Assembly (NCBI GenBank): GCA_963814375.1
Contig: CAWFCQ010000002.1
Location: 1 to 64,000 of the forward strand
DNA: 64,000 nt
Reading direction: 5' to 3'
Source: an uncultured Chloroflexia bacterium
GTDB lineage: Bacteria > Chloroflexota > Limnocylindria > QHBO01
Shown: piece after piece, positions 56,748 through 64,000 of the stretch
Numbering within the stretch: position 1 is the first letter of the stretch
Layout of the letters: every line of letters begins with the position of its first letter
The notes under the pieces: generated by a model
What the model was told of the DNA's origin: nothing
What the model saw: only the letters and a program-made list of their open reading frames with translations
Database searches by the model: none
Translations under genes and position numbers: made by a program

Positions 56748-58022
56748 CTACTGCCCGGTGCCGATGCTCGTAGCGGCATCCTGCATGGCCGGGCAGCCCT
56801 CCTCCGGCGTCATGTCGCCGACGGTGACCTGCTCGATGATGCCGTCGATCTCGGCCGCGATCTGCTCCCACGTCGCGATCGACGGAGGCGCCTTCGCATC
56901 GGACAGCTGCTCGCCGAAGGCGGCCAGCTTCTCATCGGCGGAGAGTGCTTCGTCGTCCCACGCAGACTGGACGGCAGGAAGCGCGCTGACCTCCTCGTAC
57001 CACGCGACCTGGACCTCAGGTCGAGACAGGTACTCGAGGAATGCCCAGCCGGCCACCTTGTTGTCCGCGTCCGCCAGGACGGCCATGTTGCTGCCGCCGA
57101 CGAACGATGTGCCGGCCTCCTCACTCGGCTGATGGGCGACCGTGTACGTTGCCGGATCGGTCCCGGCGTCCTCAACGATGCTCATCATCCACGGGCCGCT
57201 GATGAACGACGCGATCTCGCCATTGGCGAAACGGCCCTCGACTGGCACGTCCTCGGCCGCCGGCGGCGTCAGGCCGTCGGTGAAGTACGAGTCGTAGTAC
57301 GTCAGCGCTTCCACGCACGGCTCGCCGTCGAGCGTGAAGGAGCCGTCCTCGCCCATGATCTCCCCGCCGGCCTGCCAGAAGAAGGGCATCCATGTCTGCC
57401 ACGAACCCGTCCCACCGGGCTGGAGGCTGATCCCGTACTCGGCGCCTGCTTCCTGCATGGCCGCGGTCATGGCCTTCAGGTCGTCCCACGTGGCTGGCGC
57501 GGCGGCCTCACCGGCCAGGTCGGTTCGGTAGTAGATCAGCCGGGTCTCCACGTACCACGGGACCGCGTAGCTCGTGCCGTCGACGACGGTGGTGTTCCAG
57601 GCGCCCTCGAAGAACTGCGAGCCGTCGATGTTGCCGGGAGTCGGATCGAGGCCGCCGAGCGTGGCGAACTCGCCCATCCACGTCGTGCCGACCATCGTGA
57701 CGTCGGGGACCTCACCGCCGGCGATCGCGCTCACGATCCGATCATGCGCGGCATCCCAGGGGACCGGCGTGACGTTGACTGTCACGTCCGGGAACTCGTC
57801 CATGAAGCTCTCGACGAAGGCGCCAAGTGCCTCGCCCTCGGCTCCCATGGCCCATACGTCGATGTCACCGGAGGCGGCCGAGGTGTCGATCTCTGGTGCC
57901 TGCGAGGCGACTTCGCTGCTCGCTGCGCTGCTCTCCCCCTCCTCGCTTCGGCCGCACGCAACTGCCACCAGGCTCAGCACCACGGCGGCGATGGACCATC
58001 TCATTGATCGTCGAGCGGTCAC
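56748..58022 (-). CDS. Sugar ABC transporter substrate-binding lipoprotein
   Basis: Lipobox AVACG, VPWYVETR, SFVGGSN; GGAGG RBS before GTG 58022. Confidence 0.92.
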   Translation of the reverse strand: MTARRSMRWSIAAVVLSLVAVACGRSEEGESSAASSEVASQAPEIDTSAASGDIDVWAMGAEGEALGAFVESFMDEFPDVTVNVTPVPWDAAHDRIVSAIAGGEVPDVTMVGTTWMGEFATLGGLDPTPGNIDGSQFFEGAWNTTVVDGTSYAVPWYVETRLIYYRTDLAGEAAAPATWDDLKAMTAAMQEAGAEYGISLQPGGTGSWQTWMPFFWQAGGEIMGEDGSFTLDGEPCVEALTYYDSYFTDGLTPPAAEDVPVEGRFANGEIASFISGPWMMSIVEDAGTDPATYTVAHQPSEEAGTSFVGGSNMAVLADADNKVAGWAFLEYLSRPEVQVAWYEEVSALPAVQSAWDDEALSADEKLAAFGEQLSDAKAPPSIATWEQIAAEIDGIIEQVTVGDMTPEEGCPAMQDAATSIGTGQ

Positions 58023-58172
58023 TTGGAATCCTCCCATTAACTCGTCTGCTATTCCGCAGATGAGCCCGTGACCAGCTCGGATGGTGGAGCTCGCGCGGCG
58101 CGCTCGGTTGAGCCGCTGGCATGCATGGACCGTGCCGGGGAATGGACCCGGGACGCCGATGTGCTCCGCCGC

Positions 58173-59393
58173 TCAGAAGACCCGAGGGCACCAGGGAGCG
58201 ATATCGGTCCGGAACAGCGAGTCGGCGCGGGCAACGCCATCGGGCTGGAGCTCACGCACGCGACCGGCTGCCGCGAGCTGCGCGAAGGTGAACGCTCCGA
58301 GGTAGGCGGCGCCGAGGTCGGTGACGTCGCAGGCGATGTCCGGCGCATCGGTGGTCGGCGCGACCAGCGGCACGCCCGCCTCGACCGTCAGCGCCCAGCG
58401 TCCGTCGTTCCACGGGCAGAATTCGTCGCTCACCTCGAACGCGACGGCGCCATCGCGGCGGTAGCGGCGCCCGGCGAGGGCCGGCGCGACGTCCACGATG
58501 CGCAGCCAGAGCGCGTCCCGGATGGTGAACTCGAGGCGGCGAGGCTCGGCCACGGCGAGGAAGATCGGATCGTCGGCGGCGACGTTCCACGCGTCGATGT
58601 TCGCCATGAGATCGATGTCGATCAGGTAGCGCCACAGGTCCAGGTGGGCCGACGGGTTGGTGGCCATCATCTCGGCCACGACGACCGACGACTTCGGCCC
58701 CGAGGACTCCCACTTGTCGCGGATCCGGTACCGCGCGTAGCCGTCCGGCTCGCCGGCCACCTCGTGCACGACATGGAATGCCGCGGAGGCTCCGTGGCGC
58801 CAGTGCTCCGGATCGGGGAAGACGTCGGCTTCCCAGTACGCGGGGCTCCGCGCGAAGAAGCCCGGCCGCGATAGCCGGATGGCGTCGTGGATCGGCGGAA
58901 AGATCCGCGCAGCCTCGTCCACTTCGACGAAGCGCACGGTGCCGGCCGGGACGTGCGGCAGGCGGTATGCGCCCCGGTCGCGCGGCAGATTCAGCGAGGC
59001 GTGGGTCGAGCCCAGCCCGTAGCCGAAGCGCTGATAGATGTTGCTCTCCGACGCCCACAGGATGGCGAGCGGCTCGCCGCGCTCGTGCACGTCGTCGAGC
59101 TGGAGCCGCATCATGCGACGCAGGATCCCGCGCCGCCGGTGCGTCGGGTGGACACCGACGATCGTCACGCCGGCAGCGGGGAGAACGCCACCCGGAATCG
59201 TCAGCTCGAAGCTGAAGGCGCCCGCGGTGCCGACGACGCGATCGCCGTCGTAGGCGCCGATGGCCCGCTCGGTCTCGAAGATGCGCTCCCAGTTGGCGAG
59301 GTCCTCGGCGCGCGGCCGCTCCCCGAAGGCGAGCTCGCCGGCCTCGAAGAACGCCTTCGGCGTGCCCTCGTACGGCCGGACGTCAACTTCCAT
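58173..59393 (-). CDS. Eis-family GNAT acetyltransferase
   Basis: VGVHPTHRRRG, LWASE..IYQRFGYG, LWLRIVDV..AL..R.Y, C-terminal SCP2-like domain, PWCPRVF. Confidence 0.9.
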   Translation of the reverse strand: MEVDVRPYEGTPKAFFEAGELAFGERPRAEDLANWERIFETERAIGAYDGDRVVGTAGAFSFELTIPGGVLPAAGVTIVGVHPTHRRRGILRRMMRLQLDDVHERGEPLAILWASESNIYQRFGYGLGSTHASLNLPRDRGAYRLPHVPAGTVRFVEVDEAARIFPPIHDAIRLSRPGFFARSPAYWEADVFPDPEHWRHGASAAFHVVHEVAGEPDGYARYRIRDKWESSGPKSSVVVAEMMATNPSAHLDLWRYLIDIDLMANIDAWNVAADDPIFLAVAEPRRLEFTIRDALWLRIVDVAPALAGRRYRRDGAVAFEVSDEFCPWNDGRWALTVEAGVPLVAPTTDAPDIACDVTDLGAAYLGAFTFAQLAAAGRVRELQPDGVARADSLFRTDIAPWCPRVF

Positions 59394-59434
59394 GCCCGGC
59401 GATTATGCCGTGGGCGCTGCCCTATGATCGGCCG

Positions 59435-60285
59435 ATGTCTCCCCCGGCCGACGCGTACGAGGCCGCCGGCCTGTTCGGGCCTGGGAGCGTGTCGTGGCGG
59501 ATCGATCGCGAGATCGTCGTCCTCGCCGGTGGGTCGTGCGCGCTGCTCCTGCAGGCCGCCCATCCGGTCGTGGCGGCCGGGGTCGCCGAGCACTCCACCT
59601 ACGCCACCGATCCATTCGGGCGCCTGTGGCGAACGCTCGAGAGCAGCTTCGACGTCGTCTTCGGCACGCGCACCCGGGCCGAGGCGGCCATTCGGCGCGT
59701 GAACGCGATCCACGCGCGGGTCCGTGGCCGCCGTCCCGACGACGGAGCCGAGTATTCCGCCCGTGATCCGGAGGCGCTGCTGTGGGTGCACGCCACCCTC
59801 ATCGACACGGCGCTGCGCGTCTACGACCGCTTCGTCGCGCCGCTGTCAGCCGCGGATGAGCAGGGCTATCACGCGGAGGCCGCGCAGGTGGCGCATCTCC
59901 TGGGCGTTCCCGACGAGGTCCTGCCCCCGACCATCACCGAGCTTCGGGCGTGGATGGCGTGGATGATCGCGTCGCGCCGGGTTCGCGTCACGCCCGCAGC
60001 GCGCCAGATCGCCCGCACCGTGCTGTACCCCGTGCCGCTCGTGCCCCGCATTGCCTGGGATGGCGCTCACCTCATCTCGTTGGCGACGCTGCCCGACGCG
60101 ATCAGGCGCCAGTACAACCTCGCCTGGTCGCCGGCCCGCGAGCGCGGCGTCGATCGGCTGGCTACCGCCACGCAGCGTCTGCTGCCGCTTCTACCCGCGC
60201 CGGTGCGACACGTTCCGCAGGCCCGCGCCGCGGATCGCCGGGTGAGACTCGCCCGTGGCCGGCGGGCGACCGGTACGATGCGCGC

Positions 60286-60289
<4 letters not shown>
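59435..60289 (+). CDS. MpaB/DUF2236 (Lcp-like) oxygenase family protein
   Basis: FGPGSVSWRI, LLQAAHP.VAAGV.EHS, VNAIH, LLWVHATL. Confidence 0.85.
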
Positions 60290-62093
<1,804 letters not shown>

Positions 62094-62097
<4 letters not shown>

Positions 62098-63035
62098 CCG
62101 CGGGCCGCACGCTCCGCCGCCAATCTCGCGTCAAGCCGAGCCGTCTTCCGGTCCTCGTGCCGCATCCACAGCACGACGACAAGCATCATCGCGGCGAGGA
62201 ACGCGAGGTCACCGACGACCCACATGATCACCCCGCCGAGCTGCTGGTCCTCCAGGGGCGACAGGCCCCAGGTGCGCTCGTTCGTCAGGTAGTGCGGATA
62301 GAGGACGCCCGATGCCTGGAGCAGCGCGACGCCCAGGAACGAGTTCTGCGGCATCGCCAGGAAGAGGTAGAGGATGCGCACCGGGTGGGGCAGGCGCCAC
62401 GGCGATGGATCGGCGCCGATGGCCGGCCACCAGAAGAGGAGCGCGGCCCCGAGCATCGTGACGTGCTGGAGGTGGTGCAGCAGCGGATTCTCCAGCGCGT
62501 CGTTGTAGAGCGCGCTGAAATGCCATCCCCAGTTCGTCGCGGCGAAGAGGAGCCAGGCGATCACCGGGAACGAGAGCACGTGGACGATCCGACTCTGGAG
62601 CACCGTCAGCAGCGCGCGCCGCACCCGCGGGCTCGATGCGCGGAGCGCGAGCGTGATCGGCGCGCCGGCCAGCAGAAGTGGAGCGGCCACCAGCTGCAGG
62701 AGCATGTGCTGGACCATGTGCACGCTGAAGAGCGATCCCTCGTAGGCCTCGATCGGCGAGAGAAGCGCGAGCGCGATCGCCGCAAGGCCGGCCCCGAACA
62801 GCCATGGCCGATGCGCCGGCACCCGGTTCGACGGATGCCCCCGGTTCACGGTCCGAACCGCCAGCGCGTAGACGACGCCGGTGGCGACGATCGCCATGAG
62901 CGGGAGGATGTCGAAACGCCATTCGAGCAGCACGCCCGGGAATGACGGCGCCGTCGACGTCTCTCCGTGCGCGGCGACCGGACCGGCCAGTGCGACGAGC
63001 GCCAAGACGGCGAGGAGGGGAGGCAGCGGGCGCAT
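62094..63035 (-). CDS. ctaG: Cytochrome c oxidase assembly factor (caa3-type CtaG)
   Basis: FSVHMVQHMLL, APLLL, WH, H.LQH, DQQLGGVIMWV. Confidence 0.9.
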
Positions 63036-63062
63036 CGGCGCACATTCTCGTCTCATTTCGGC

Positions 63063-63090
63063 GGAACCGTGCACGCGCGTGCGGCGTCAT
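63063..63090 (+). promoter_or_regulatory. ECF-sigma-type promoter GGAACC-N16-CGTC
   Basis: Canonical ECF AAC/CGT geometry; ATG 63098 follows 9 nt after CGTC. Confidence 0.5.
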
Positions 63091-63097
63091 GGCGCGC

Positions 63098-64000
63098 ATG
63101 AGACGAACCGTGCCGGGCTTCTTTGTCGTGCTCCTCGCCATGGCGGCCTGCGCCTCACCCGGCGCGACGCCGGGCAGTACCGCACCAGAGGCCAGTCCGG
63201 GTGCGTCGGGGGAGTCGCCCGCGCCGACTGGCGAAAACGATGGCGCGATCGAGCACCCCACCGGAGCGGACGAAGCGGTGTTGGTGATGGAGGAGACCGG
63301 CGGGATGATCGCCGGCGGAGATGCCACGCAGGTGCCGACGTTCGTCATGCTCGGCGACGGGCGAGTGATCATGCAGGGCGCCCAGACCCTCGAGTTCCCC
63401 GGTCCGGCGCTGCCGCCGCTCATCGAGCGGACCCTCACCGAAGACGGCATCCAGGAAGTGCTCGAGGCGGTCGAGGAGACGAACCTGTTCACCACCGATA
63501 CGGCCCTGACCGCCGCGCAGAACATCATCACCGACGTCACCGACACGGTGTTCACGCTCAACGCCAACGGCACCGAGGTGACCGTGAGCGCCTATGGGCT
63601 CTGCTGCCTCGACGCCACGATGCTGGACAACGACATGATCGACCCGGCCGAGCGCGAGGCGTACGAGGTGCTCGCCCAGCTGCGCGACGCCCTGATGACG
63701 ATCGACACCTCGGTCTCGGCCGACGCGTGGGAGGCGGAGGGCTGGCAGCCGTACGAGCCTGAGGCATTCCGGCTGTACGTGCGCGACGTGACCGGGGAGC
63801 CAACCCAGGGCGACGTGCCCGAGCAGGTCCGCGAGTGGCCGACCGACGAGGACCCTGCCGGCTTCGGCGAGGATGCGGGCTTCGGCGATGGCACGACCTG
63901 CGGCGTCGTCGAGGGCGAAGCTGGGCCAGGCGTGGCTCGCGGACCTCAACGCGGCGAACCAGGTGACGGTCTGGACCAGTGACGGCGACGACCGCTGGTC
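63098..64000 (+). CDS. Hypothetical lipoprotein; frameshift near 63925, continues past window end
   Basis: Lipobox LAMAAC, Ser/Pro linker, acidic domain; +1 frame continues GQAWLADLNAANQVTVW. Confidence 0.65.

Overview
A very GC-rich, gene-dense bacterial chromosome segment with about 60 CDS and one tRNA-Pro(CGG). The gene content (GSI-type glnA, ctaA-ctaB fusion, Pro/Thr-linker surface proteins, sortase-like C-termini) suggests a monoderm, possibly Chloroflexota; this is inference only. Main blocks: Cys/Met PLP lyase-resB-PucR-glnA; a GDP-linked legionaminic-acid-type (nonulosonate) cluster with a candidate transferase, an O-antigen-ligase-like protein and ppa; serA plus an MBL/flavin monooxygenase pair; tandem anchored cupredoxins; accessory genes after tRNA-Pro, including a DUF6582-like/class III cyclase fusion; a TreS-like amylase plus LLM oxidoreductase; panG-like/panC/panB; a secreted S8 protease and ExeM-like nuclease; corA; a 3-repeat lectin; tnaA; a sugar ABC-glycoamylase-GH39 locus; and heme a/o synthesis genes. 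I found no CRISPR-cas, integrase or transposase. Window-wide patterns: many genes look leaderless (TAnnnT 6-7 nt before the start codon), and about 11 frameshifts in 8 genes are all net +1, most likely consensus errors. The best novelty candidates are the DUF6582-cyclase locus, the nonulosonate/ligase glycosylation cluster, a PucR-type operator before glnA, an 11-bp-periodic TGTGA operator, a spaced palindromic repeat array and a 93-nt orphan hairpin. All family calls come from motif recognition; no database search was run.
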